Source: an uncultured Candidatus Micrarchaeota archaeon (GTDB lineage: Archaea; Micrarchaeota; Micrarchaeia; Micrarchaeales; Micrarchaeaceae). Taken from it: a stretch of DNA of 64,000 bases. The first letter of the stretch is position 1; every line of letters begins with the position of its first letter. Shown here piece by piece: positions 9,561 to 19,742 of the stretch. The stretch is from positions 32,001 through 96,000 of the forward strand of contig CAVUGN010000004.1 in the NCBI GenBank assembly GCA_963741095.1, in the 5' to 3' direction. The translations under genes and the position numbers were made by a program. The notes below the pieces were generated by a model. That model saw only the letters and a list, made by a program, of their open reading frames with translations. It did not search any database and had not been told where the DNA came from.

Positions 9561-10167
9561 TCTGACCTTCGAGAAACTGTTCAAAACCGACATTCTTGGC
9601 AGGGATTTCAACAACGACCGCTATCTGCGATGCTACAAGGAGAGGACGAACATCTCGAAGTCGAAGATCGACACCTACTCCAATTCGAAGTACCTTGCGG
9701 ACTACGAGCACTATTCAACGAAGTACGGCGTGCTTTCCACAAGGTATTCCTCGGCATTGTCGCTTAGCTACGACCTCCTGATCGGCTTCTACAACGTCGA
9801 CACGCGGGAATCGCTGACCTGCAGGACCTTCCTTCTGGATTTGAGCGTCAAGAACGTTCTGGAGAGCTATCTCAACGCGCTGAAGCTCAGGAAACAGACA
9901 AACATCGAGGCCAGGATAATCGGCCTGCAGACCGGGCAGGAGTTCAACTACCTCTACGACCTGGCAGAGCTCATCAATTCAAGGGACATAAAGCTGGTCG
10001 AGGTGGACCTTTTCGGCACGGAACTCAGACACATCGCATTCGACACAAGGCTGGGCACGACGCACAACGTGCTGCTCGAAGACAGGCTCTACAGGGCCGG
10101 GGAGCTCAAGAACTACACGACCATGGAGCAATTCAAGGAGAGCAGGCCAAAGGCGGCACCGCGATAG
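9496..10167 (+). CDS. Hypothetical protein, CheD-like fold suspected (true start probably further downstream)
   Basis: Coding-like codon pattern from ~9560. C-terminal IEARIIG...IKLVEVDLFGTELRHIAFDTRLG resembles the CheD C-terminus. Confidence 0.55.
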   Translation: MIKPAEIYIVIDNSFYNVFGVALTFEKLFKTDILGRDFNNDRYLRCYKERTNISKSKIDTYSNSKYLADYEHYSTKYGVLSTRYSSALSLSYDLLIGFYNVDTRESLTCRTFLLDLSVKNVLESYLNALKLRKQTNIEARIIGLQTGQEFNYLYDLAELINSRDIKLVEVDLFGTELRHIAFDTRLGTTHNVLLEDRLYRAGELKNYTTMEQFKESRPKAAPR

Positions 10168-10168
10168 C

Positions 10169-10918
10169 ATGGCGACAAAGGCAAAACTGAACGCGGTCGT
10201 CCGATTGCTGAACAAAGAAGTCAAGATAAAGAGCATAGAAGACAACTCGCGGAACGGCCTTCAAGTCCGCGCTTCGAAAAGCATAGGCAAGGTGGGGCTT
10301 GCGACCGACGCATGCATGGATTCCTTCAAGGCCGCGAAAAGGCTGGGCTGCGACCTCCTCATCGTGCATCACGGCATCTTCTGGAAGGGCGAGAAGGACA
10401 CGATGGGCATGAACAAGAAAAGGGTGCGGTTCCTCAAAAAGAACGGGATCTCGCTCTATGCGGCGCACTTGCCCCTCGACAAGAGCAGGAAGTATGGCCA
10501 CAACACCTACCTGTTCAGCATGTTGGGCGCAAAACCCGTAGCGCAGTTCGGGGGTGTGGGATATCTCGGCTATCTGAGCAGACCCAGAAGCTTAGACGCA
10601 ATAACAAAAGAGATAAACCTGAATCTCGGCACCAAATGCCGCGTCTGGGGGTTCGGCAAGAAAAAGATAAGACGGATAGCTGCAGTTTCCGGCGCTGGCT
10701 CCTCGGACATACCGGAAGCCATCAAAAAGAATGCCGATCTTTTCATAACCGGCGAGGCCTTCTCCTGGATGTACTACACTGCAAAAGAGTGCAAGTTCAA
10801 CGTCATACTCGCGGGCCATTACAAGACCGAAACCAGCGGCGTCAAGGCGCTGGGTAGGCTTCTAGAGAAGAAATTCGGATTGAAGACAGTCTTCATAGAC
10901 CTACCGACGGGCCTATGA
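10169..10918 (+). CDS. Nif3/YbgI (DUF34) dinuclear metal hexameric protein
   Basis: NGLQV, LLIVHHG, LYAAHLPLD, FITGE, GHYKTE. Confidence 0.95.
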   Translation: MATKAKLNAVVRLLNKEVKIKSIEDNSRNGLQVRASKSIGKVGLATDACMDSFKAAKRLGCDLLIVHHGIFWKGEKDTMGMNKKRVRFLKKNGISLYAAHLPLDKSRKYGHNTYLFSMLGAKPVAQFGGVGYLGYLSRPRSLDAITKEINLNLGTKCRVWGFGKKKIRRIAAVSGAGSSDIPEAIKKNADLFITGEAFSWMYYTAKECKFNVILAGHYKTETSGVKALGRLLEKKFGLKTVFIDLPTGL

Positions 10919-10944
10919 CTCCATGCACCCTCGAGCCTCTGCGG

Positions 10945-11523
10945 TCAATCAAGCTTCTTGACAAACAGGTCGCTGTGCAAGGCTCCCTCGCCCGTGAGTA
11001 CGCTCTTCTTCAGCTTCACCTCTTTGCACTCGAAGTTGCCGAAATCCGTGTCCTTGTATTTCTCTATGAACGCCCTGGCCCTCTCGGTGGTGATCCGGTC
11101 GAACCTCTTCAGCCTCAGCATCGTCACGTGCGGCGTGAACTCCTCCTTCTCCAGCTTCATCATCGCCGGCAGTTTGCCGGAGACCGCTTCGTGCATGGCG
11201 TTCAGCTCGTCAGCACCGTAGAGTATGTTCGCGAAGACCACGCGCGGCCTCCTTATCGTGAATGTCCCGGCACCGTGCAGCGATACGCCGAACTCCTTGC
11301 AGTCCATCCCGGCCAAAACGGCTTTTACCGTCTCCACCTGCGTCGCGTCGAGATAGCCCAGGAAAAAGAGCGTTATGTGCATCTGGTCCGCGGCAACGGT
11401 CCTTATGCCGTCCGATTCTGCCTCCTTTGCTGCCGCGCAAATCCTCTCCTTTATCCCGTCGGGAATATCGACTGCTATGAACGCCCGGACCCTCTCGCCT
11501 GGAATTGCCTGCATTTTACCCAT
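10945..11523 (-). CDS. thpR: RNA 2',3'-cyclic phosphodiesterase (2H family, 2'-5' RNA ligase-like)
   Basis: RAFIAVD and two HxT motifs (MHITLFFLG, PHVTMLR). Confidence 0.93.
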   Translation of the reverse strand: MGKMQAIPGERVRAFIAVDIPDGIKERICAAAKEAESDGIRTVAADQMHITLFFLGYLDATQVETVKAVLAGMDCKEFGVSLHGAGTFTIRRPRVVFANILYGADELNAMHEAVSGKLPAMMKLEKEEFTPHVTMLRLKRFDRITTERARAFIEKYKDTDFGNFECKEVKLKKSVLTGEGALHSDLFVKKLD

Positions 11524-11589
11524 AGTGATTTAGCCACTCCTTTAAAATACTAACTGCCTTAAACTTCTACCGAAATTCGTGGTGCTAGA

Positions 11590-12255
11590 GTGGACTATTC
11601 CGATACGACCGTGCTTATACCAGTCAAGGACGAGCCCGCGGCGGGCAAGGTGACAAAAGAAGTCCTGAACAGGCTCAGCAACTGCAAGGTGATCGTGGTC
11701 TACAAGGGCGACAGGAGCTCATTGAACATAGATTTCACTAACCGGAACCTGCTCATCATTAAGCAGCGCGGCTCCGGCAAGGGAGTCGCCTGCGTCCAGG
11801 CAAGGAAGAGCATAAAGACCGACATACTGTGCCTGATAGACGGCGATGCTACCTACGACGTGGACGACCTGAAGAAGGTGATAACCATGGTGCGAGAGGG
11901 CATGGACATGGCGGTCGGCAACAGGTTCAAGAACATCAGCAGGGAGGCGATGCCGTTCTACATAGAGCTGGGCAACAGGGCCATAACGCAGACCGCCAAT
12001 CTGCTCTACAACCTGAAGCTCACAGATTCCCAGACGGGCCTCAGGGCGATGAAGAGCTACGTCTTCAACTCGCTTGACCTGAAGGAGAAGTATTTCGGCA
12101 TAGAGACCGAGATGAACGTCAAGGCGAAGAAGGCGGGCTACAAGATCGGCGAGGTGCCGATACACTACTACAAGAGAGTCGGGAGCTCCAAGCAGATGAA
12201 GCTGATCGACGGCATAAAGCTGTGGCTGATCGACTTCAAATTCCTCTTCAACTGA
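11590..12255 (+). CDS. GT2 glycosyltransferase (polyprenol-phosphate sugar synthase-like)
   Basis: LIPVKDE, GKG, IDGDATY, DSQTGLRA. Confidence 0.92.
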   Translation: MDYSDTTVLIPVKDEPAAGKVTKEVLNRLSNCKVIVVYKGDRSSLNIDFTNRNLLIIKQRGSGKGVACVQARKSIKTDILCLIDGDATYDVDDLKKVITMVREGMDMAVGNRFKNISREAMPFYIELGNRAITQTANLLYNLKLTDSQTGLRAMKSYVFNSLDLKEKYFGIETEMNVKAKKAGYKIGEVPIHYYKRVGSSKQMKLIDGIKLWLIDFKFLFN

Positions 12256-13818
12256 TCAGGACCTTGCGAACCTCAGGGAGTAATCCGCGAGCAGCGCAAT
12301 CGCCGTCCCGATGACCGGCAGTCGCCTGCTCATCCTCTTCAAACCGTCGAGATCCTTTGCGGTCACGCCCTTCAGCAATGCCAGCATGGGCGGATAGACC
12401 ACCATCTGCTCTATCGCTATGCCCGCCAGCAAGCCTATGGAATTGTTGGGGAACAGCAGCATTATGGGAACGAAGACGAGCACGCTGATCACACCCGCAA
12501 GCGCTATCCTAAGCGGCCTGTCCAATTCCAGCCTCACCTTGAGTGCCAGGCTCGATTCGCGCGCGAACAGAAGCACCGAGGCTATCGGCGTTATCACGTA
12601 GATCAGCACAACCATGCCCAGGCCTCCGAACTCCGGGATCAGCAGCGCCATAGCCACGAGCTGCAAAGCGGTGAGCACGACATAGCTCCTGAGAAGAGCC
12701 TTGACCTTGTTGCCGCTTATGAGCAGCGTGGAGGTGTACGCTGCGATTATGTTGATCAGGACCCCGACGCCCACTATGGAAACGTACAGCGGCGCCAGGG
12801 TGTACTCGCCGCTGAAGGCCGTGAAGGTGAACGGCTTGGATAGGAGGGCAACGGACAGCAGAACCGGAATCATTATCATCAGCGAAACGTAGATCGAATA
12901 GTTGTACAACCTGCTCAGGCTGCCCTTCTTCTGCTTCGTGGCAATCGTGGAGGCGAAGGCCGGCAGCAACGACACGCTTATCGATTCCGCGAAAGCGCCC
13001 ACGAAAGAGCCCACCTTCGACGCGATGCCCACGTTGCCAACCACGGCGGTCGTCGCATACACTCCCAGGACCATCACGGCCAGGCTGCTGACCATCGCCG
13101 ACAATGCGCTCGTCGCCGCAATCGGCAGCGAGAATTTGAATATGCTGCCGATCGCTTCGAAGGAAGGCATAACGAGCTTAACATGGTTGACGAAGAATAT
13201 CACGTACAGCGCGTACACTATCTGCGACACCCCGCCCAGAAGCAATCCCAGTATGGGCGCCAGCGCCCCGAAGCCCGCCAGCGCGAGCGACACACTCACT
13301 ATGGTCTGCACCACCACCTGCGCCATCAGCATCAGAGCGAAGTGGATGCCCTTTCCGAAGCCGACCATCGCGTTGTTCAGCGCGGTCGCGATCATGCCCA
13401 CAACGACCATGAATGCAGCCAGCTGCAGCACGTACGCATAGGCCGCGTTGTGCAGCACCAGCGACGCGAGAATCCCGCTCAGCGCTAAAGCCGTAATGGT
13501 GAGCACAATCCCAAGAATCAGGGAGGCGAACAGGCCGTTGGAGATGAGCTCGTCTATCTTGCCTATCCTGCCAAGCGTTTTGTGCTCTGCTATAAACTTG
13601 TTGAACGCCGTGCCTATGCCGAAATCGCTGGCCATGCTGAACAGGCCGGCAACGGCTATCGCCTCGGTGTAGATGCCGTAGACGCTGGGGCCGAGGATCC
13701 TTGCGACCACGATCAGCGCCAGGCCCGCGATGAGCATCCCGATTATCTTGGAGACGAATATGTAGCTCGCCAGCCCTGCGGTCTTCGCGCCCATCTCGTT
13801 TGAATAAACATCATCCAT
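12256..13818 (-). CDS. MOP/Wzx-type oligosaccharide flippase
   Basis: About 14 TM segments; ARILGPSVYG..., DFGI, FKFSLP. Confidence 0.88.
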   Translation of the reverse strand: MDDVYSNEMGAKTAGLASYIFVSKIIGMLIAGLALIVVARILGPSVYGIYTEAIAVAGLFSMASDFGIGTAFNKFIAEHKTLGRIGKIDELISNGLFASLILGIVLTITALALSGILASLVLHNAAYAYVLQLAAFMVVVGMIATALNNAMVGFGKGIHFALMLMAQVVVQTIVSVSLALAGFGALAPILGLLLGGVSQIVYALYVIFFVNHVKLVMPSFEAIGSIFKFSLPIAATSALSAMVSSLAVMVLGVYATTAVVGNVGIASKVGSFVGAFAESISVSLLPAFASTIATKQKKGSLSRLYNYSIYVSLMIMIPVLLSVALLSKPFTFTAFSGEYTLAPLYVSIVGVGVLINIIAAYTSTLLISGNKVKALLRSYVVLTALQLVAMALLIPEFGGLGMVVLIYVITPIASVLLFARESSLALKVRLELDRPLRIALAGVISVLVFVPIMLLFPNNSIGLLAGIAIEQMVVYPPMLALLKGVTAKDLDGLKRMSRRLPVIGTAIALLADYSLRFARS

Positions 13819-13825
13819 GCACTCA

Positions 13826-14530
13826 TCATCCCATGGTCGATTTCAGGGTCGGCAGCACGTGCCTGAACCCGAACTTCGAGCTGCCCTCCTTCCTAATGTG
13901 AAAGGTCGTATAATAAACTTCCCCGATGCTGCTGCGCCGGTCCATCAGCTTCAGTATGTCGAGAAGCACCTTGTAGCCCTCTCCTACGAACCTGCCCCTG
14001 CGCCTCGCTATCATGTCCCTGAACATCGGGGCGTCTATGCCGAAGAAGCCGGACATCATGTCGCTGCAGGTCCTTTTGTTCTGCAGCGCGAACGAGATGC
14101 GCGACAGCGAGTCCATGCCTCTCGATATCGCCTTCCTGCGGACGCCCCAATCCCTGACGCGCGTCCTCACCCCGACGACCAGGTTGTAGCGGTCCAGAGC
14201 TTTTGCGATGCTCCCCACCTTGGCCGGCGGGTGCTGCATGTCGCCGTCCATGACGACGATCTTCCGTGTTCCCGCAATCGTTGCGGCATCGAGCACGCTT
14301 GCTGTGAGCCCGTGCTCTTTCTTCTGCGACCTGTCGAGAAGCCTTATGCGGCCGTTCCTCCTTCCAAGCGCCCGCACCGCGTCACGCGTGCCGTCGTCAG
14401 AGCCGTCGTCGGACACTATTATGCTCGCGTTGGCGTACCTTTTCGTCAGCGCGCCCAGTACCTTCTTTATGCTGTCCCTCTCATTCAGCGTGGGTATTAT
14501 TACGGTCAGGTCAGAATAGTCCAATTCCAA
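13826..14530 (-). CDS. GT2, dolichol-phosphate mannosyltransferase-like
   Basis: IIPTLNE, DDGSDDGT, MDGDMQHPP, DMMSGFF. Confidence 0.92.
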   Translation of the reverse strand: MELDYSDLTVIIPTLNERDSIKKVLGALTKRYANASIIVSDDGSDDGTRDAVRALGRRNGRIRLLDRSQKKEHGLTASVLDAATIAGTRKIVVMDGDMQHPPAKVGSIAKALDRYNLVVGVRTRVRDWGVRRKAISRGMDSLSRISFALQNKRTCSDMMSGFFGIDAPMFRDMIARRRGRFVGEGYKVLLDILKLMDRRSSIGEVYYTTFHIRKEGSSKFGFRHVLPTLKSTMG

Positions 14531-14662
14531 GCACCACGATCAAACCGCAACACCCGGACCACAGAATAAGCCGTGCGTGTCCGGCGGTTGAAATAGATAT
14601 AAAAATATAAAGATATAATAACTACTGTCTGCAATTTGCTCTATCTCTGTAGGCGATTTGAC

Positions 14663-16918
14663 ATGGAAGACCCAAAGGTAAAAACGCGCGGCTTTGACCG
14701 GCGCAAATCCATCCAGTCGGCAAAGGAAAAATGCGGGTCGGTGCTGAAGGCGTTCACCGCGGCAGCGCTGCTGTACCTGGTGATCGCGCTTGCGATCTTC
14801 TACCCGATAACGCTCAACATGTTCGCCTCGGCGCCCGGTTCGGGCGCTAGCCCGTTCCAGAACCTCTGGAACATCTGGTGGGTCAACTACGCGCTGCTCA
14901 ATCTGCACGCCAGCATATACTCGACCAGCCTGCTCTTCTGGCCCGTCGGTGCAAACCTGACCTTCCAGGCCATGGCACCGCTCACAGCGCTGCTGTCCGC
15001 GCCATTCCAGTTGGCCGGGGTCGCGTTCTCCTACAACCTCATGTTCATGCTGGGCTTCGCGTTCTCCGGAGCGGCGATGTTCCTGCTCGCGCGTTATCTC
15101 GTCAAGAACGGTTACGCCGCTTTCATCGCAGGGCTCGTGTTCACCTTCAGCGCCTTCCACATAGCGCAGTCCTACGCCAACCTCGGCTTCGTGTTCATAG
15201 GCTGGGTCCCGCTCTTCCTGTACTTCACGCTCAGGATCCTCAGGGAAAAAAGGAACTACTGGAGCATACTGGGCATGTCCCTGTCTTTCGCGTTCGCAAC
15301 GCTGATGGGCAACGCCGAGCAGAGCCTGATGCTTCTCATGCTGCTGGCGCTCATCGTTCTGATGTACGCGATAAACAAACGCACGCGAAGCAGGGTGTTC
15401 AACAGGGACTTTGCAGTCTCGATGGCGCTTTTTGCGGCGGCTGCCCTCCTGATCGGTTCCTGGAGCTTTGTCCCCATGCTCGGAGCGCTGCTCAAGCCCG
15501 GCGGATTGTCCGCAGTGAATCTGGCGAACACTGCCAAGTACAGCGAGACCTGGAGCAGCGATCTGCTGTCCTTCTTCGTGCCCAGCTATTACAACGGAAT
15601 ATTCTCATTCATGAACGCGTCCTCGATCTACGGTTCGCTGTACTCCGGTTATGAGCTGGGCGAGCGCACGGCGTACGTGGGTTTCACCGCGATTGCGCTT
15701 TCGCTGTATGGGATGTTCCAGAACCGAAAGCGTTCTCTGCCCTGGCTGGCGCTGGCTGTCGTGTTCGGCTGGCTTGCAATCGGGCCCTACCTGCAAATAG
15801 CGGGCACCATGACCCAGATACCGGGGCTGTACCAGCTCTACCATCTCATACCGGCGCTCAATTCGATCAGCGAGCCCGGAAGGTTCAACCTGATACTGAC
15901 CATGATGGTTGCGATACTCTCCGCTTTCGGCGCCAAGGCGCTGATCGAAAAATTCGGAGAGGCAGGAACCAAAAAGAAGGCGCTCTATCTGGCAGTTGCG
16001 TTGTCGCTGCTCATACTGGTGGAAAGCAACGGTATGCCTCTTGGCTCCAGCGCCATAGCGGGCAAGGTGTCTACATCCGTCATACCCTCCAACGTCTACA
16101 CCGAACTGTCGAACCTGCCCGGCAACTTCTCCGTCATCCTGCTGCCCGCGCTTGATACGCAGACATCCGCAATGGCGACCTACTACACCTCCATAATGCA
16201 CAAGCCCATCGTCGGGGGCTACGTGAGCAGACCGAATCTCACGGAAGAGCTGTCCATCTACAACATACCTCTGGCAATCCAATCATCGACCCTGGCATCG
16301 GAGGGCGCGGCCACCTTCGAATCTCCGGTGAACGAGAATTTCACGAACCAGACGCTGCTGTCGCTGTACAATTACAACACCTCGTTTGTCCTGGTGCAGA
16401 AGAACGCCTACAAAAACAGCACCTCGCTGCTGGAGCTGCTCAACTACCTGGTCAAAACCTTCGGAAACCCGGTCTACAACGACAACACCACCACCGCATT
16501 CACGACCGCGAATTCAGTGGACAGGTCGCTGTTCAGGAGTTACGTCTCCTACCCTATAGTGACCGAATGGCAGGAGGTGCCCGTGCCCTTCAACGGCACC
16601 ATCACAAGGATGTGGCTGCCCTCGAGCCCCGGCGCGATGGCCGTCTATGCGCCCTACCTGACATCGCCGCTCATCCAGCAATCCGTCAACACCACCCTGA
16701 CGTTCGAGGCGCTGGCGCCCAAGCCGTCAGTTTTGCTGATCGAAGAGCAGTCGTCTTCCGGCATAGCCCGTATCGCCGCGGTGAACGTGTCGGGGTCGCT
16801 GAGACCGTACCGCGTGAACGCGACGCTGGTGTCGGGGCCGCGGGGCAACCTGCTCTTCTTCATGGAGGACCAGGACTATCCGATATACGTGAGCAACATA
16901 ACCTACTCTAAGGGATGA
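14663..16918 (+). CDS. Polytopic membrane protein, GT-C-like glycosyltransferase with extracellular C-terminal domain
   Basis: Many TM segments; QNLWNIWW, YNLMF, EPGRF, HKPIVGGYVSR motifs typical of YfhO-like/GT-C proteins; flanked by GT2 and flippase genes. Confidence 0.7.
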   Translation: MEDPKVKTRGFDRRKSIQSAKEKCGSVLKAFTAAALLYLVIALAIFYPITLNMFASAPGSGASPFQNLWNIWWVNYALLNLHASIYSTSLLFWPVGANLTFQAMAPLTALLSAPFQLAGVAFSYNLMFMLGFAFSGAAMFLLARYLVKNGYAAFIAGLVFTFSAFHIAQSYANLGFVFIGWVPLFLYFTLRILREKRNYWSILGMSLSFAFATLMGNAEQSLMLLMLLALIVLMYAINKRTRSRVFNRDFAVSMALFAAAALLIGSWSFVPMLGALLKPGGLSAVNLANTAKYSETWSSDLLSFFVPSYYNGIFSFMNASSIYGSLYSGYELGERTAYVGFTAIALSLYGMFQNRKRSLPWLALAVVFGWLAIGPYLQIAGTMTQIPGLYQLYHLIPALNSISEPGRFNLILTMMVAILSAFGAKALIEKFGEAGTKKKALYLAVALSLLILVESNGMPLGSSAIAGKVSTSVIPSNVYTELSNLPGNFSVILLPALDTQTSAMATYYTSIMHKPIVGGYVSRPNLTEELSIYNIPLAIQSSTLASEGAATFESPVNENFTNQTLLSLYNYNTSFVLVQKNAYKNSTSLLELLNYLVKTFGNPVYNDNTTTAFTTANSVDRSLFRSYVSYPIVTEWQEVPVPFNGTITRMWLPSSPGAMAVYAPYLTSPLIQQSVNTTLTFEALAPKPSVLLIEEQSSSGIARIAAVNVSGSLRPYRVNATLVSGPRGNLLFFMEDQDYPIYVSNITYSKG

Positions 16919-17580
16919 AGGGCATGCAAACAACGGTGATAATGGACCAGCGCGAGCGGAACTCGGATATCGCCGCGGCGCTCAAGGCCAACGGCGTTGA
17001 GGTCCGGTGCGAGACCCTGCCGGTCGGGGACTACATAATATCGGACCGCATCTGCATAGAAAGAAAGACCGTCTACGACTTCGAGAGTTCGATGATGAGC
17101 GGAAGGCTCTTCGACCAGCTGGACAGGCTGAGCGACAGCTACGAGGTCCCCATGCTGCTCATCGAGGGCGACCGCGACACCTTCAGGCTCAAGAGCAAGG
17201 TGATAAACGGCGCCATTGCGTCGCTGTACGTCGATTACGGCGTGATCATCATATCCTCGCGCAGCGCGACAGAATCCGGCGAGATAATTGCGGGCATAGC
17301 TAGGCACGAGCAGACCGATGAGAAGCGTGAACCGTCGCTGAAGGGCGCCGCTCGGGCACACACCCACGAGCAGTTCCAGGAGTACATAATAGGCAACCTT
17401 CCCGGAGTCGGGCCGAAGCTGGCGAAGGCGATGCTCACGAAATTCAAGAACGCGCGCAGGATAGCGGACGCAAGCGTGGAGGAGCTCATGGAGATAGAGA
17501 AGATAGGCAAGAAGAAGGCTGAAGCGATACACAAGACCTTCAACTCAGAGTACAACTCCGAGGACGAATCCTACAACTGA
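16915..17580 (+). CDS. ERCC4/XPF nuclease with tandem HhH (no helicase part)
   Basis: DQRE, LPVGDYII, IERKT..D, LPGVGPK, IEKIGKKKA. Confidence 0.93.
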   Translation: MKGMQTTVIMDQRERNSDIAAALKANGVEVRCETLPVGDYIISDRICIERKTVYDFESSMMSGRLFDQLDRLSDSYEVPMLLIEGDRDTFRLKSKVINGAIASLYVDYGVIIISSRSATESGEIIAGIARHEQTDEKREPSLKGAARAHTHEQFQEYIIGNLPGVGPKLAKAMLTKFKNARRIADASVEELMEIEKIGKKKAEAIHKTFNSEYNSEDESYN

Positions 17581-17586
17581 CGCATC

Positions 17587-18636
17587 CTAATCCGCGGACC
17601 TTAGCAGCTCGTCAAGCGGGTGCATGTAACCGTTTGTGCCAAAACCGAAGTCTATGCCAAGATAATGCACCATGGTTGCGGTGCTCGGCGCCAGCGGCAT
17701 GTGCGGATCCAATCCCGCAGACTTCAAATACTCGTGCGGCGAATCCCATTCATCCATCTTTTCGCCGTTGCAGAACATCATCACCGCCGCCGAATGGTCG
17801 CTGCCATTCCTAATCTTCCACAGTATGGATTTGCGCTCGGGAACACCGCCCCTGGCTTCGTGCTCGGTTTCATACCATATCGTTTCCTTCAATCCGCCAA
17901 TCGGCATCCTCATAACATAAGACGGAAGCATCATGTCAAATATCGACGCTTCCTTGCATCCATCCTCGATGGGCGAGAAACCTATCCCGACCGGTATCCC
18001 ATTGAGATAGAACGGCGTGTTCATCCTTTCCATGCAAACCTCGGCATGCACGTTGCCTATCGTCACTCCCCAATCGTCTGCCAGCCTATCCGAAAGCCTG
18101 TTTATCGTCCTGTGCACGTGACCGTTGTACGCCTTCAACTCGGTCTGGGAAAACTGCGGTATCACGACCCTGCCCTTGCGATCAAGAAACATCACCTCTT
18201 CCACCGCTTCACCGACCAACGAGACCAAGGGATCCGCGCTGTTGCCCCTTCCGACCAGCGAATCAAGCGTGTTCGGATTCGTAGGGGCCTTTTCATCCCT
18301 TCTTACCGTAAGAAGATAGCCGCTGCCGTCCTCGGTGATCACTATTGGGGCTGTGCCACCCGCGTAGGCAACATTCTTTACCTTTGCGTATCCCTTGTCA
18401 TGCAGTAAAGCGGCAAACGATACTGGATCAAATCTGACAGGGTCCTTTGCGTAATCCGATATCGAAACGACTGTTTTTGGAGTGAAACGGACGTCCATCC
18501 TGCCATTGTTGTCCCTGACCTCTATGTCGGCCAAAACCCTTTTGCCTTCGTCGGTCCTGCTGCCGCTCCTGAGCAGTTCATTCAGCGTTCCGTAAGAATT
18601 AGAAGTTGCCTGCCGTTCCGAATTAAGGTTCCCCAT
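17587..18636 (-). CDS. Hypothetical protein with degenerate Nudix-like segment
   Basis: Long ORF with its own AT-rich upstream region; LLTVRRDEKAPTNP..GR..GEAVEEV. Confidence 0.6.
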   Translation of the reverse strand: MGNLNSERQATSNSYGTLNELLRSGSRTDEGKRVLADIEVRDNNGRMDVRFTPKTVVSISDYAKDPVRFDPVSFAALLHDKGYAKVKNVAYAGGTAPIVITEDGSGYLLTVRRDEKAPTNPNTLDSLVGRGNSADPLVSLVGEAVEEVMFLDRKGRVVIPQFSQTELKAYNGHVHRTINRLSDRLADDWGVTIGNVHAEVCMERMNTPFYLNGIPVGIGFSPIEDGCKEASIFDMMLPSYVMRMPIGGLKETIWYETEHEARGGVPERKSILWKIRNGSDHSAAVMMFCNGEKMDEWDSPHEYLKSAGLDPHMPLAPSTATMVHYLGIDFGFGTNGYMHPLDELLRSAD

Positions 18637-18734
18637 ACTCTATATGACCTTCATAAATATAAAGCTATTCCCGCTGCGGGTTTTACCGAAAATGTTTTTT
18701 GGAACGAATTTAAGATTTCGCATCGATAGTTAAT

Positions 18735-19706
18735 ATGGGGGTTCTCATGGTCGGGCTTTCACACGCAATCCAATATGAGATAAGACCCATTTCCCCGTAC
18801 AACTTCCGACTCACGATAAAAAAACCAGCTGGCTGGTCACTGTTCACCAACTTCGAGATCTACGAGAAAGGCACGATGTGGACCGCAACGCATCTCAACG
18901 GCGTCCTCGCCGGGGTAAAGTTGGTTTCGAAAGGCACGACAAAGAACCCAAGGATAATCGCAAAACTTTTCCTTAAAAACAAACCTGGCGAAAAGCAGCT
19001 TGCGGAAATGAAGAACCTGTTGAATCATAACATTGGTGCTGATGATGATCTGTCCGAGTTCTACCGTTTCGCAGCGAAAGATAAGATACTCAAGCACGCA
19101 GTGAAGGATCTTCACGGAATGCACAACACCGATTCCAGCACCATATTCCCCGATGCCCTCCTTTCAATACTGCTGCAGATGACGACGCTGAAGCGGAGCA
19201 ACGAGATGATGGATTGCGTGATAAGCAAGTACGGGGATCTGGCCGAATTCGACGGCAAAAAGATATACGCGTGGCCGAGGCCGGAAGACCTATCCGGTCA
19301 TGATGCTGTCGAACTGGCAAGGACCTGCAAATTGGGATACCGGGCAAAACATATCGTCAACCTTTCAAAGAAACTGGCAAGGGAAAAATTCCCGACAACA
19401 AAAGAGCTGGAAATGCTTAAACCAGAAGAGGCGAAGAGCATGCTTCTGGAATTGCCCGGAATAGGCGATTACTCTGCAGACATAATAAATCCGCACGGCG
19501 GTTTCCCGATCGATGTCTGGTCGGCTGAGGTCTTCGGGAAACTGTTCTATGGAAAAGAGCCGAAGAACAACAGGGATTCCGTGGAAAAGATAAAAAGAGA
19601 AGGACTGCGGAGATGGGGCAGGTGGTCATGGATGGCATTCTTCTACACCGTCCAGGACCTCGAGAACCTCTCAAGGAAACTGAAGACAAAACTGCGTCTT
19701 ACATGA
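18735..19706 (+). CDS. HhH-GPD DNA glycosylase (AlkA/Ogg-like)
   Basis: KLGYRAKHI, LLELPGIGDYSAD, FPIDVW. Confidence 0.88.
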   Translation: MGVLMVGLSHAIQYEIRPISPYNFRLTIKKPAGWSLFTNFEIYEKGTMWTATHLNGVLAGVKLVSKGTTKNPRIIAKLFLKNKPGEKQLAEMKNLLNHNIGADDDLSEFYRFAAKDKILKHAVKDLHGMHNTDSSTIFPDALLSILLQMTTLKRSNEMMDCVISKYGDLAEFDGKKIYAWPRPEDLSGHDAVELARTCKLGYRAKHIVNLSKKLAREKFPTTKELEMLKPEEAKSMLLELPGIGDYSADIINPHGGFPIDVWSAEVFGKLFYGKEPKNNRDSVEKIKREGLRRWGRWSWMAFFYTVQDLENLSRKLKTKLRLT

Positions 19707-19742
19707 CGCACTCCCGAAAGGTTTTTTAAATAGGCCAGTTCA

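Noticed and set aside
16915-17580. Helicase-less XPF as a novelty
   Set aside because: Short XPF and split Hef forms are already known in archaea.
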